Source of the DNA: Kofleriaceae bacterium
Lineage (GTDB): Bacteria > Myxococcota_A > Polyangia > Haliangiales > Haliangiaceae
Reading direction: 5' to 3'
Assembly (NCBI GenBank): GCA_043777635.1
Contig: JAYWHS010000602.1
Coordinates: forward strand, 1 to 41,833
DNA length: 41,833 nucleotides
The notes under the pieces are model-generated. The model saw only the letters and a list, made by a program, of their open reading frames with translations, searched no databases and was not told the DNA's origin. This document shows positions 23,832 to 32,992 of this stretch, in pieces. Each line of letters opens with the position of its first letter. Positions within the stretch are counted from its first letter, which is position 1. Position numbers and translations under genes: made by a program.

Positions 23832-25111
23832 TAAAAACACGCGGTAGGTGGGACATCAATCGTACACGTCGCTGTTAAACCTGGATTCCCAGGATCGAGA
23901 CAAATGCCCAGACCGTCTAGTGGCGCTTGCTTCGGCTCGATATCCACAACAAGTCCGACCTTGAGCCCATCGATTTTGCGATGAACGCCTAACAACACTG
24001 TGCCTCGGGTCAGCTCGCCGCCCGCTGGTGCCACCAATTCAAACGTACCTATGCACGCAGCGTTTCCCGGCGCCGGGGCGACCTGCACCGTCCAAACTCC
24101 GATATCGGCATAGCTTGGGTCGACATATCGTTCACCTAACCGCGCTACGCACGCAGGGTTATCCATACCCAGGGAAAATTTCAAACGTTTGGAGGCTTCG
24201 CTGCACGGTACGCCCTGCGCATCGACCGGAATTTTACAGGTAGCGTCGATTTTTTGTAGCACCTTCGCAACAGGCTCCAGCATCGTCGTCGAGTCAGTGT
24301 AACGACCATTGGCGTCAGCGCCATTGCAATGATCGATCGAAAGACATGTGATCTCCGCAATACTACCGATGTCGCAAACGTAGCTTTCAGAATCTGTTTC
24401 CAGCTCGGTGCATGTGGCCCGTTCGATTAAGTTGCACAGCCGACCGCCATTGTTGCTTGGGTATGGCCGCATACAAGCAGCATTCACCACAGCCGACTCG
24501 CTGTTACAATCAGCGTCGACACCGTCGCACACCACATCAGGCTCACTCATCGGATTCTGCGGAATACACCCCGGGCCCGGACACTGCGCGCCAGCATCGA
24601 TCACCAAGCCGGCATTCCACGCCACACAGCCCGGTGCCGTGTCAAATTGATCATCAACAGCACGCAAGCTAATGTCGTAGCGATTCACCCGACCAGCAGT
24701 ACCAGCAACTTTGCTCGCGCCCCAGGCCACCGCAGTGAGACTGCCATCGAGATTTTTGACCGAACCAACGATGAGCACTTGCCGCCACTCCGGCCACAGC
24801 GGCAATTGACCTGCGGGCACCATCAAATCAAATGCCGACGTGACGTTGTACTCGCTAAGCAAATACTGATCATCGCCGCCTTCAATTTCGGCATCGCGCT
24901 CAAACGTTGGGCCACCCGGCGCAAATCCCGGAAACGAACTGCCTGGGTTAACCTGACGCGCGACATAAAGTTGTAGATGATCGATCTTGAGCACCGTGGG
25001 ATCACGAGTCAACTCAATGTGCAACAGCACACCTTCTTGAGCGCTGCAGGCATGAAGCAAACCGGCAACCGCAACGCCTGCAAGACACACTAGATGGGCA
25101 AATCCGCGCAT
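23831..25111 (-). CDS. Cys-rich secreted protein or lipoprotein, unknown function (paralog A)
   Basis: Signal 'MRGFAHLVCLAGVAVAGLLHAC'. ATG at 25111, 21 nt downstream of the PhnD-like stop. The N-terminal domain shares 'IDHLQLYV', 'VLIVGSVKNLDGS' and 'RVNRYDISL' with paralog B ('IDHLEFFF', 'VIVVGYLKGEPVS', 'RVNEYALAL'). Confidence 0.7.
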   Translation of the reverse strand: MRGFAHLVCLAGVAVAGLLHACSAQEGVLLHIELTRDPTVLKIDHLQLYVARQVNPGSSFPGFAPGGPTFERDAEIEGGDDQYLLSEYNVTSAFDLMVPAGQLPLWPEWRQVLIVGSVKNLDGSLTAVAWGASKVAGTAGRVNRYDISLRAVDDQFDTAPGCVAWNAGLVIDAGAQCPGPGCIPQNPMSEPDVVCDGVDADCNSESAVVNAACMRPYPSNNGGRLCNLIERATCTELETDSESYVCDIGSIAEITCLSIDHCNGADANGRYTDSTTMLEPVAKVLQKIDATCKIPVDAQGVPCSEASKRLKFSLGMDNPACVARLGERYVDPSYADIGVWTVQVAPAPGNAACIGTFELVAPAGGELTRGTVLLGVHRKIDGLKVGLVVDIEPKQAPLDGLGICLDPGNPGLTATCTIDVPPTACF

Positions 25112-25132
25112 AGAGAAACGATACAGGAAACT

Positions 25133-26062
25133 TCACTGCACTTGCGAAAACTCTACATGCGAAACGAATTGGGTCACATCGGACCGCGTAGGCTGCGCCC
25201 TCACCCCACGCAGCAATTCGCCGACCAGCAATTTAGCAGCGGGGACAACCATCAAACCACGGCGTGGCGCGACCACGAAGCGCCGGCGTAGCGATGCAAC
25301 TGCGTCAGCATCGGATGTACGCAGCCCGCCTACAATCGAATCACCTTGATAGGTTGTGATCGAGGTCACCAACGCCGCGCGGAGTTTTGCATCGGTTCCA
25401 TAAACCACCAGGACTGCATCAGCGGCCGACGTTAACGACAACAACGCGACCAGCCCAGGCGGCAACTCAATGCCACCCGGGACTACCACCGCATCGGCTT
25501 TGCCAAAACCGACTGCCGCAATTGCTGAAACTGAATCCGGGGCGGTGTCGAGTTTGGCGAAATAATCGCGCGGCAATTCACCACCGAACAACGCCGCGTA
25601 GACAAAATCATTCTCGTGACCACCGATTGCCGGAACCAGCAGCGTCTTGCCTTGCAGCTGAGCCAATGTGGTGCCGGTTTTTCCAACTAATTGCCATGGC
25701 CTGGCCGTGTCGCCGCCACGGACCGCAGCGGCAACTACGGTGTAATTGCCGCCGGCATGCGCGAGATACGCGACATCAACTAAGGCAATCGCCACTTCGG
25801 CTTTTTTTACTGCGGTAGCAAAATCACTGGCCCGCGCATACACCCGCCCAACGCCAGTAACGCCCACCGCTTTGCCAAAATGTTCAGCCAACTTACCTAC
25901 TGCTTGTACGCGCGCTGCGGTGCCAGGATACGGCAGCGATGGCGCATACATGCCAACCGTGAGGCCATCCGCCCGCGCTACAGCAGGCGTCGCCACCGTC
26001 AACATCACTATCGCCATAATCAAAGACCAGACTAGCCTTTGCCGCACTTCCATCGTTGGCAT
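25133..26062 (-). CDS. Periplasmic PhnD-like (phosphonate-binding fold) substrate-binding protein, orphan
   Basis: From the ATG at 26062 (TGATG overlap with the TPR stop) there is a signal peptide. The pattern 'TVGMYAP...KLAEHFGKAVG...YARASDFATAVKKAEVAIALVDVAYL...LAQLQGKTLLVP...AVGFGKADAVVVP' fits the PhnD/type-2 PBP family. No ABC permease or ATPase is in the window. Confidence 0.65.
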   Translation of the reverse strand: MPTMEVRQRLVWSLIMAIVMLTVATPAVARADGLTVGMYAPSLPYPGTAARVQAVGKLAEHFGKAVGVTGVGRVYARASDFATAVKKAEVAIALVDVAYLAHAGGNYTVVAAAVRGGDTARPWQLVGKTGTTLAQLQGKTLLVPAIGGHENDFVYAALFGGELPRDYFAKLDTAPDSVSAIAAVGFGKADAVVVPGGIELPPGLVALLSLTSAADAVLVVYGTDAKLRAALVTSITTYQGDSIVGGLRTSDADAVASLRRRFVVAPRRGLMVVPAAKLLVGELLRGVRAQPTRSDVTQFVSHVEFSQVQ

Positions 26063-28512
26063 CACGGTGTACCTCCTGGGCCTTCGCCACCTACGATATG
26101 TTCTTTGGCTTCGATCCAATCAACCAATGGTGCGAAGCGAACGCCAGCGCGACGCGCACGGCGCCAAGCGTCCAGCGCCTTACGCGCATCGTTACGACGT
26201 TCGTAGATAAGTCCGACACTAACTAACGCGTCAGGCAGCTTGGCCGACAATTTTTCAAGGCTTTCCAGTGCAGCGTCGAGCCGGCCTTCCGCCATGTCGA
26301 TGATCGCTAGGTTTACTACTAGCTCATCGGTTCCGGCCTTGGCCGCCACTCGCCCCGCGAGCGCCAATAGTTTTTTGGCTTGCGCCACATTGCCATTGCG
26401 ATACGCATCTGCCGCCGCCGTCAGCGCGACGACCCGCGTTGCCGTCGCCAACAATACCGCCGATGCTCCACTGGCACGCGCCGCAAGTTTGGTCAACCGG
26501 TCAAGTGCTGGCGCAGCACGCCGTGGCGTCAAGCCATCGAGATACGCTTCCAAAATTGGTGCTGCTTGCACATCGGCGGGCGCTGGAAAGGGGCAAGGCT
26601 TGCCTGCAACCGCATGCAACAACCGTAGCGCTGCGTCTCGATCGCCAGCGACGATATGAGCCAAGGCCAATTCGCATTTACTTGCAATCGAAGCGCCCGG
26701 CGCTGCACCTTCACGTAACATCTCAACAGCTTTGCTGCCGTTGCCGGTTTGAATCGCTGAGATGCCTGCGGCCGTGCGAGCCGCCAATAATGCAGCTTGC
26801 AGCATTGCACGATTGGCTTCGCTGGGCTGATTGCCGCTCGCGACCCGCTCCAACAACGTCACCGCGTTGCTTGGTTCACCGAATTCGATTTCCGCAGCAG
26901 CCGCGTCGACCGCGATGGTCACAGCGAGTTGACCTGTGGCAGTAGCTGCGCTGCGCGCGTAAAAATCACGCGCCACTGCGATGGCGGCCTGATTCGTAGT
27001 AGCCCGCGCGATCAACAACAGATCTACCGCGTCAGGTTTACCAATTGAACTCAACACGTCACTCGCTTCCGCTTCGCGGCCCAGGCCAAGCAAGGCAATA
27101 CCGAGATTGCGCAAAATTATCGGCGACGACGCGAGTTCGCGCGCTCGTTGCAACGTAGCTAGCGCTTGAGCAAATTCCGCCTTTTCAAGCTCGCTAGCGC
27201 CGCGCTCGGTCAATGCAGCCGCCATCACCCGCCGCGTTCGGACAACTGTGCTGTCCACTGCCATCGCCGCTTCTAATGTGGCGATGCCGGCGGTCAGATT
27301 ACCAGTGCGCAAATACGCTAAGCCAAGCACGGTGAGCACCCGACCGTCGTCGGAGATCGTCGCTTGCGCCGAGGACAGGCGAGTCACCGCTAACGCCGCT
27401 TGGCCATTCGTAAGCAGGCTTTCGCCCAGCTCGATCCACCATTCCGGATCATCACTTGCAGTCGCTGTTGGCCCAAGTTTGTCGAGCAATGCGATGGCCG
27501 AGCTTGCTTTACCACTCTTGCGCAACACGGTTGCCGACCGCACGGTCAAGCGCCGTCGGGTGGGTTCGAGTTGCCGTGCGATTTCAAGTTCGGCAAGTGC
27601 CGCAGCAAGCTCACCGCGCACCGCTAACGCTTCGCCCAACAGCGCATGCCCGGCGGCCCCAGCCCGTGGTTGATTGGTCAAATATTCACGCGCGCGGCGC
27701 AAGGCTCCGTCGATATCGCCAATTGCTAACGCGCACTGACCATCAACTAAGCCAATCTCAGGGTACTGCTTGAGCTCTGCGCCTAGCGCCGCCAACATCG
27801 GCCGAGCCCGGCGACAATCGATCGCTGCGGTAGCCCAGGCCACGCCCATCCGAGCACGCAGATCAACGCGGGCTACGCCGACGCTAGCCGTAAACAATTC
27901 AACGGCTTTGCGCGGCTGACGCGCACGCAAAAACGCATCAGCCAAATCGACGCGATGAATTGCATCATCGCCGACCAACGCCACCGGACGCGAGGCTAAA
28001 TAACTTTGATATGCCGTGGTCGCGTCGCGCCAGCGCCCGGTCTGATAATAGGTGTGGCCCAATAACAGTAAGGCGTCGTAGCGCTTGGCGTCGGTCTTGA
28101 CCACCGTTTCCAACAGGGTCACGCCTTCGCTGGTTTGCCCCGCTAACACCAATTGGGTGCCAAGCGCGGCGCGTACATCGATATCATTTGGCGCCAACAC
28201 CGCAGCGTTGCGCATGATGGCGACACCGGCCGCGTATTGTTTTTGAGCGGCATGCACCGCAGCCCGTAAAATATAGGCTTCGATACGCCGAGGGTTGAGC
28301 GCAAGTGATTGGTCAAGCGCACGGGCCGCACGCTCATACGCACGCTCGCGCAAGGCTGCGCGGCCTTCGCGGACTAGCTCGACACTATCATCTTCGGCTT
28401 GTTGCGGTTGGGCCATAACCGACGCTGGCCCCAGCGTGCCAAGCAACGGCAACGCCAAGCTCAGAATCGTAAAGATACCCAATGTTGCGGGTCGCTTGAT
28501 TGTTTGCATCAT
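26062..28512 (-). CDS. Secreted tetratricopeptide (TPR) repeat protein, 816 aa
   Basis: N-terminal signal peptide ('...LGPASVMAQ'). Ala/Leu-rich 34-aa-type repeats run throughout. The start ATG overlaps the receptor stop (ATGA at 28509-28512). Confidence 0.85.
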   Translation of the reverse strand: MMQTIKRPATLGIFTILSLALPLLGTLGPASVMAQPQQAEDDSVELVREGRAALRERAYERAARALDQSLALNPRRIEAYILRAAVHAAQKQYAAGVAIMRNAAVLAPNDIDVRAALGTQLVLAGQTSEGVTLLETVVKTDAKRYDALLLLGHTYYQTGRWRDATTAYQSYLASRPVALVGDDAIHRVDLADAFLRARQPRKAVELFTASVGVARVDLRARMGVAWATAAIDCRRARPMLAALGAELKQYPEIGLVDGQCALAIGDIDGALRRAREYLTNQPRAGAAGHALLGEALAVRGELAAALAELEIARQLEPTRRRLTVRSATVLRKSGKASSAIALLDKLGPTATASDDPEWWIELGESLLTNGQAALAVTRLSSAQATISDDGRVLTVLGLAYLRTGNLTAGIATLEAAMAVDSTVVRTRRVMAAALTERGASELEKAEFAQALATLQRARELASSPIILRNLGIALLGLGREAEASDVLSSIGKPDAVDLLLIARATTNQAAIAVARDFYARSAATATGQLAVTIAVDAAAAEIEFGEPSNAVTLLERVASGNQPSEANRAMLQAALLAARTAAGISAIQTGNGSKAVEMLREGAAPGASIASKCELALAHIVAGDRDAALRLLHAVAGKPCPFPAPADVQAAPILEAYLDGLTPRRAAPALDRLTKLAARASGASAVLLATATRVVALTAAADAYRNGNVAQAKKLLALAGRVAAKAGTDELVVNLAIIDMAEGRLDAALESLEKLSAKLPDALVSVGLIYERRNDARKALDAWRRARRAGVRFAPLVDWIEAKEHIVGGEGPGGTP

Positions 28513-30578
28513 CGGAAACTGAACCCCACACGCAGGTAAACTTCGCGACCTTCACCCGGGACGCGATTGATCGTAATCTCTACGGGTACCGTGCGGTTGT
28601 AGTCTTGCGGTGCTACCACTTGTTGCCGCACACCCAACATGTTGCGGGCCGTCAAGGAAACATCAAAACCGTGCAGGTTCGGAAACATCACGGTGGCATT
28701 CCACAGCGCGTGGGCTTGTGCGGTTACCGCCGGATCTTGAGTCGGACGTTGTCCCAACACGATAACCTCCGACGACACATGGGCCAACTGCCGTAGCAAG
28801 GGCGTCGATACGCCGAGGCTGCTTTGCACCGCCGGTGCATTGGGCACCTTAGCGCCTGCCTTGCTACGCACTCGGCCAACAGAGCCCGAGGCAAAGCCAA
28901 ACCAGCCGCGCGAATTGCGATAGGACGCTTCGGTCTCGACTCCCGTCGAGATATAGCTGCCGACGTTTTGAAATTGATCAACGCCGGCTGCGAAGTCGCG
29001 CTGTTCAACGATGCCTTCCGTGGTCCAGCGATAGCCCGACAATCGCATCGACAGTCCGGATACCGGACGAGCCCATAAAACTGTCTCGGCGCTACGAATG
29101 GTTTCAGCACGGATATTTGGATTGGCTTTATAGTCTTCGCCGTCGTCGAAAAATCCCTCGAACATGCTGGGATTTCGAAAGCCCTCGGCATAAATCAACT
29201 TTGCGCCGTAGCGATCTTTTTTTGATAAGAACAACGCAGCGCGGGGTGACAGCCTATTTTCCAACAACGAGTGACGATCGGCGCGGACCCCGGCGGTGAA
29301 ACCCAACCACGACGTAGGTGTGCCATCGAGTTCGGCATAGGCGGCTTCGATATTGAAATTGACAGGGATGTTGATCGCTGCGCGCCCGAGCGCTGGCTCA
29401 TAGCTGGCACGCGACTTGGTACGATAAAACGTCGATTCAAAACCTGCGGTAACGCCGAACTTACCTTGGTCGGCAATTTCGTACCGCAACCGGGCTTCAG
29501 CGCCTGCGGATTGCGCATCTCCGATTGTAACGAAATTCGACGGTTCGGCCAGCTTGGGCACCTCATCACTAAACCGATACACCGTGAAATACCCTCGCCC
29601 GCTCACCCGCAAACGATCACTAAGCGCGCGGGTATGGCCGCCCTCGGCCATCAACAATGAATTAAACGATGTGTAGCCGCGCGCCGGATCGGTGTCATAC
29701 GGCGCGAAGGGTGATTCCCGACGGAAGCGAAACGCCCGCAACTGACCAAAACTACCGTGATAGGCACCAACCACGGTCGCTGCGATTTGGCTCGATCCGT
29801 CGTTTGAAATATTTTGGCCGATATTCGGCACGTTGAGTGTTTCGCCGGCCCGCAGCGTCCCCGACACCGAAACGCGGAGTTGTTTGTCGACGGTGCCGCG
29901 TGCGAACCCGGTGCCAAACGTGCCGCCGCCGATGGTCCCGAGCCCGACCCGGCCCCAGGCCCGAGGCATTTCAGCGGCGCTGCGCGTTACGATATTCACG
30001 ATGCCGAAAAACGCACTGGTGCCGTACAGCGAAGATACCGGGCCACGAATCACTTCGATGCGTGCAACTTCGTCGAGCGAAACCGGCGCATCGTAGCCGA
30101 CCCCCGACAGCGAACCCCAGCCTTCGTTGACCGAAGCGCCGTCGATGAGCACCAACACGCGGGTGTTGAAATCGCCCAACAACTGAAACCCGCGAATACC
30201 CATGCGCTGCTGCAAACGATCGTCCGAGATAAACACGCCAGCCAAGGCCGCGACCGCTTCGGCGACCGTACGGTAGCCAAACCGACGAATGCGATCAGCC
30301 GTAATGACCGTGACAGCCGAGGCCACATTGCCCAAGGTTTGTTCGCGTTTCGCAGCGCCCACCACCACATCTTCGTCGGAGTCGGTTGCAGCCAACAAGG
30401 ATGCCGCAGTGCTTGGGCCTTCACTAGCTAGTGGCAACGGCGGCAAATCAGCGATGTCGACCGCACCGTTACGCTGCTCCAGCGGCGGCGCTGTAGGTAA
30501 CCGAATAGGCTGCGCTGCGGTTGGTGATGCGCCAAACATCAAGCCTATCACCACGACTGGCCAGCGCTGGTAACTCAC
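28509..30578 (-). CDS. TonB-dependent outer-membrane receptor
   Basis: TonB-box-like 'DEDVVVGAAK', the plug motif 'VTVITADRIRRFGYRTVAEAVAALAGV...GIRGF' and a long beta-barrel region ending 'YLRVGFSFR'. The preferred start is the GTG at 30578, which overlaps the PP2C stop (GTGA). The track ORF extends to 30650 with an Arg-rich, non-signal-like extension. Confidence 0.9.
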   Translation of the reverse strand: MSYQRWPVVVIGLMFGASPTAAQPIRLPTAPPLEQRNGAVDIADLPPLPLASEGPSTAASLLAATDSDEDVVVGAAKREQTLGNVASAVTVITADRIRRFGYRTVAEAVAALAGVFISDDRLQQRMGIRGFQLLGDFNTRVLVLIDGASVNEGWGSLSGVGYDAPVSLDEVARIEVIRGPVSSLYGTSAFFGIVNIVTRSAAEMPRAWGRVGLGTIGGGTFGTGFARGTVDKQLRVSVSGTLRAGETLNVPNIGQNISNDGSSQIAATVVGAYHGSFGQLRAFRFRRESPFAPYDTDPARGYTSFNSLLMAEGGHTRALSDRLRVSGRGYFTVYRFSDEVPKLAEPSNFVTIGDAQSAGAEARLRYEIADQGKFGVTAGFESTFYRTKSRASYEPALGRAAINIPVNFNIEAAYAELDGTPTSWLGFTAGVRADRHSLLENRLSPRAALFLSKKDRYGAKLIYAEGFRNPSMFEGFFDDGEDYKANPNIRAETIRSAETVLWARPVSGLSMRLSGYRWTTEGIVEQRDFAAGVDQFQNVGSYISTGVETEASYRNSRGWFGFASGSVGRVRSKAGAKVPNAPAVQSSLGVSTPLLRQLAHVSSEVIVLGQRPTQDPAVTAQAHALWNATVMFPNLHGFDVSLTARNMLGVRQQVVAPQDYNRTVPVEITINRVPGEGREVYLRVGFSFR

Positions 30579-32290
30579 GCCGCGCCGGCTCCACCGATAG
30601 CACCGCCGGCGGGATAGAGGCCCGCTGCGGCTGGTGGATCGTATTGGCACAACACAAAAGTAATATCGTCGTCGGCGTCGACGCCTTCGGCGTAGGTTTC
30701 AACTGCAGCCAGAACGCGATCGCGCACAGCGACCAACGCTGGTCCATCGGGTACCGCTTGGCCTTTGAGCGCCATACGCAAGCGCCGATCACCGAACAGC
30801 TTGCCGGCTTTGTTGGCACGTTCAACGAGGCCATCCGAGAAACAAACAAAGACGTCGCCCGGTTGCAGCTGTTTTGAGCCACGGCGAATCTCGACTTGAA
30901 TATTGCGATCGCCTAGCGGGTTGCCCGCAGCCGCAATGATCGAGGCGTCTTCAAGCAGCCGATTTTCGCCTAAGCGCACAATGTATGGAAAATTTTGTCC
31001 AGCGTTGGCGTAGTGCAATACCCCATGATTGGAATCAAACAGCGCAGCAAACGCGGTCATCAACACATTGTGATCGCCGACATCGCGGATCGCTGAATCA
31101 ATGGCACGCAGCACTTGATCGGGCGTCAATAAACGTTCATCGATCGACGACAAACCCTCTACTGCCCCGCGTGCGGTGGCCGCGATCATCGCTGAGTGTA
31201 TGCCGTGGCCGGTCGCATCACCCAAGACAAATAACATCCGGCCGTTGGATAGCTTACGGTAGGTCCACCAATCGCCGCCGCAGCTTGACGCTGGCATACA
31301 GTAGCCCGCGACCTTCATATAGCCGTGGGCATCAAGCGCCGTCGAAGGCAGCATGGATTGTTGCACCATGCGCGCCAAGCTCATTTCTTTTTCGAGCGAA
31401 ACTTTTTGCGCTTGTTCGGCCAGCAACGCTTTAAGTTGATCTGACATGAAGTTAAAACTGTTGGCCAAAACTCCCAGCTCATCGCTACGATTGGTCGGTA
31501 CGCGCTGATCCAGATCACCGCTAGCGATGCGCTCGGCTTGTTTGGTCAACGCACGAATCGGTTTGGCTAATTGCACACCTTGAAAAAATGCTAACGCCAC
31601 ACCGCCGAGTAACACCACAATCGCCAGCAACCACACCCGTTGCCGCGACGCTTGAGCGCGCCCTTGAGCTTCGGCAATCGACATCGCGAGTTCCGCTTCA
31701 AGCCCCGCCGTCGACACACCCATGCGCAACGTACCGACGACACGGTCGGCAACTTTGACGTTGGTGCCATAGACCCAATGCGAGCCTTGTGCAGTTTGGG
31801 ATGCCACCAGCGCTCGCACGATGTCCTCACTCGCCGGCTGACCAGCAGGGGCCGTCGCGAGTAATTGTTGATTTACTGCTCCGAGGGTGGCCAGCGTTGG
31901 TGCGCCAGGTGTGCTCTGCACGATGACATTTTCAGCATCAGTGATGAGCAACCATTCGAGCCGGCGATCACCACGTTGCTGATCATCTTGCAACGCATCA
32001 ATCAACAACGGTGCGATGTCCGAATAGGTCGAACTAGCTAACGGTAATGCGACCGCCGTGGCTACGGCTTTCACCATCAAATCGGATTCGCGTTTGATCG
32101 CACGTTCACCGCTGAGCCGTCGCGCATCAGCGTTGGACTGGGCCAACTGGGTCATCGTGCGTTGACCAAAAAATGTAGTCACGGCAAGCGCCACGGCAAC
32201 TACCAACGAGGTCGCAAAGATTAGCTTGGCAGAAATCGGCAAGCCCACGCGTTTTGATCTAGCGGCAGTCACAATCCCCATGATTTTCAT
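30575..32290 (-). CDS. Membrane sensor phosphatase: TM, ~200-aa periplasmic domain, TM, HAMP, then PP2C (SpoIIE-type)
   Basis: HAMP 'KPIRALTKQAERIASGDLDQRVPTNRSDELGVLANSFNFMSDQL'. SpoIIE-type PP2C 'MVQQSMLPS...SSCGGDWW...VLGDATGHGIHSAMIAA...CFSDGLVE'. The track start at 32311 is a TTG; ATGs lie at 32290 and 32281. Confidence 0.85.
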   Translation of the reverse strand: MKIMGIVTAARSKRVGLPISAKLIFATSLVVAVALAVTTFFGQRTMTQLAQSNADARRLSGERAIKRESDLMVKAVATAVALPLASSTYSDIAPLLIDALQDDQQRGDRRLEWLLITDAENVIVQSTPGAPTLATLGAVNQQLLATAPAGQPASEDIVRALVASQTAQGSHWVYGTNVKVADRVVGTLRMGVSTAGLEAELAMSIAEAQGRAQASRQRVWLLAIVVLLGGVALAFFQGVQLAKPIRALTKQAERIASGDLDQRVPTNRSDELGVLANSFNFMSDQLKALLAEQAQKVSLEKEMSLARMVQQSMLPSTALDAHGYMKVAGYCMPASSCGGDWWTYRKLSNGRMLFVLGDATGHGIHSAMIAATARGAVEGLSSIDERLLTPDQVLRAIDSAIRDVGDHNVLMTAFAALFDSNHGVLHYANAGQNFPYIVRLGENRLLEDASIIAAAGNPLGDRNIQVEIRRGSKQLQPGDVFVCFSDGLVERANKAGKLFGDRRLRMALKGQAVPDGPALVAVRDRVLAAVETYAEGVDADDDITFVLCQYDPPAAAGLYPAGGAIGGAGAA

Positions 32291-32338
32291 GCCATTAGCA
32301 AATAACTGCAACTGCGCTCAGCGCTATTGTCAACGCGA

Positions 32339-32950
32339 TCACGGATTGCGTTGAACCGGCCGCGTAGCAATGCCGTTGCGGCCAATGGCGCGCATCTGGT
32401 CGACTGCGGTGGCAAACAAATCTTCGAGGGGAGCAGCGATGGTTTCACCTTCGAGCAGCCGCAGGGCCGCAGCGATAGCTTCAATGGTTGACACCTGACC
32501 TGGCCCTGGTGATTTGCGCATGCGTGGCGCAGCGATCGTGGCTTCGGGCAAGCGCAGCGTCGGCAAGCCACGGAGCACATGCAATTTTTGCCACATGCGG
32601 CGGGCTTGTGACCACGTCGCGTCTAACACGATTAGCTGGGTTGGCATTGGCTCCGGCGCGCTGGTTCGTTCCTCCCCGGTAGGAAACAACAACACCGCAC
32701 CTGCCATCGGTTGGAAATCGAGCGTATGTGAAGCATGCAGGTCGGAGTCACTGACCGGCGCACCGTAATCGAGCACGTCGCAATTGGCCAACGCCAAGCC
32801 AGCGAGTCGGCCGGTGTTTGAAGAGCGAAAGCGTTCGCTGTGGTGGCGCACGATGGTGACCCGCGTGCGATTGCCGATTACCGGCAACACGCTGCAAACG
32901 CATGCCAGCTTGGGCAACGCACAACGTTCGCAGTGATGAGGAAGATACAT
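32339..32950 (-). CDS. DTW-domain protein (tRNA-uridine aminocarboxypropyltransferase family)
   Basis: N-terminal Cys cluster 'CERCALPKLACVC' and 'LIVLDATWSQARRM' (the DTW motif). Confidence 0.8.
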   Translation of the reverse strand: MYLPHHCERCALPKLACVCSVLPVIGNRTRVTIVRHHSERFRSSNTGRLAGLALANCDVLDYGAPVSDSDLHASHTLDFQPMAGAVLLFPTGEERTSAPEPMPTQLIVLDATWSQARRMWQKLHVLRGLPTLRLPEATIAAPRMRKSPGPGQVSTIEAIAAALRLLEGETIAAPLEDLFATAVDQMRAIGRNGIATRPVQRNP

Positions 32951-32992
32951 CGCAATACCCGGGCTTCGGCGACCAGCGCCGACACGCCTATA

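Noticed and set aside
25133-26062. PhnD-like gene as part of a phosphonate ABC importer (phnCDE).
   Set aside because: No PhnC ATPase or PhnE permease genes lie anywhere in the window. The gene is instead translationally coupled to TPR and TonB-receptor genes, so a transport role is unsupported.
29053-29067. GTCCGG-ATA-CCGGAC palindrome, nearly identical to the intergenic 2219-2233 hairpin.
   Set aside because: It lies inside the TonB-dependent receptor coding frame, encoding '...PVSGLS...'. A single in-CDS occurrence is compatible with chance in GC-rich DNA, so I do not count it as a family member.
30579-30650. 72-nt 5' extension of the TonB-receptor ORF (MPIRSTSRSGPLSRRRCYRWSRRG...).
   Set aside because: The extension is Arg-rich, does not look like a signal peptide, and overlaps the PP2C gene 3' end. 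The GTG at 30578, overlapping the upstream stop (GTGA), gives a normal signal peptide.
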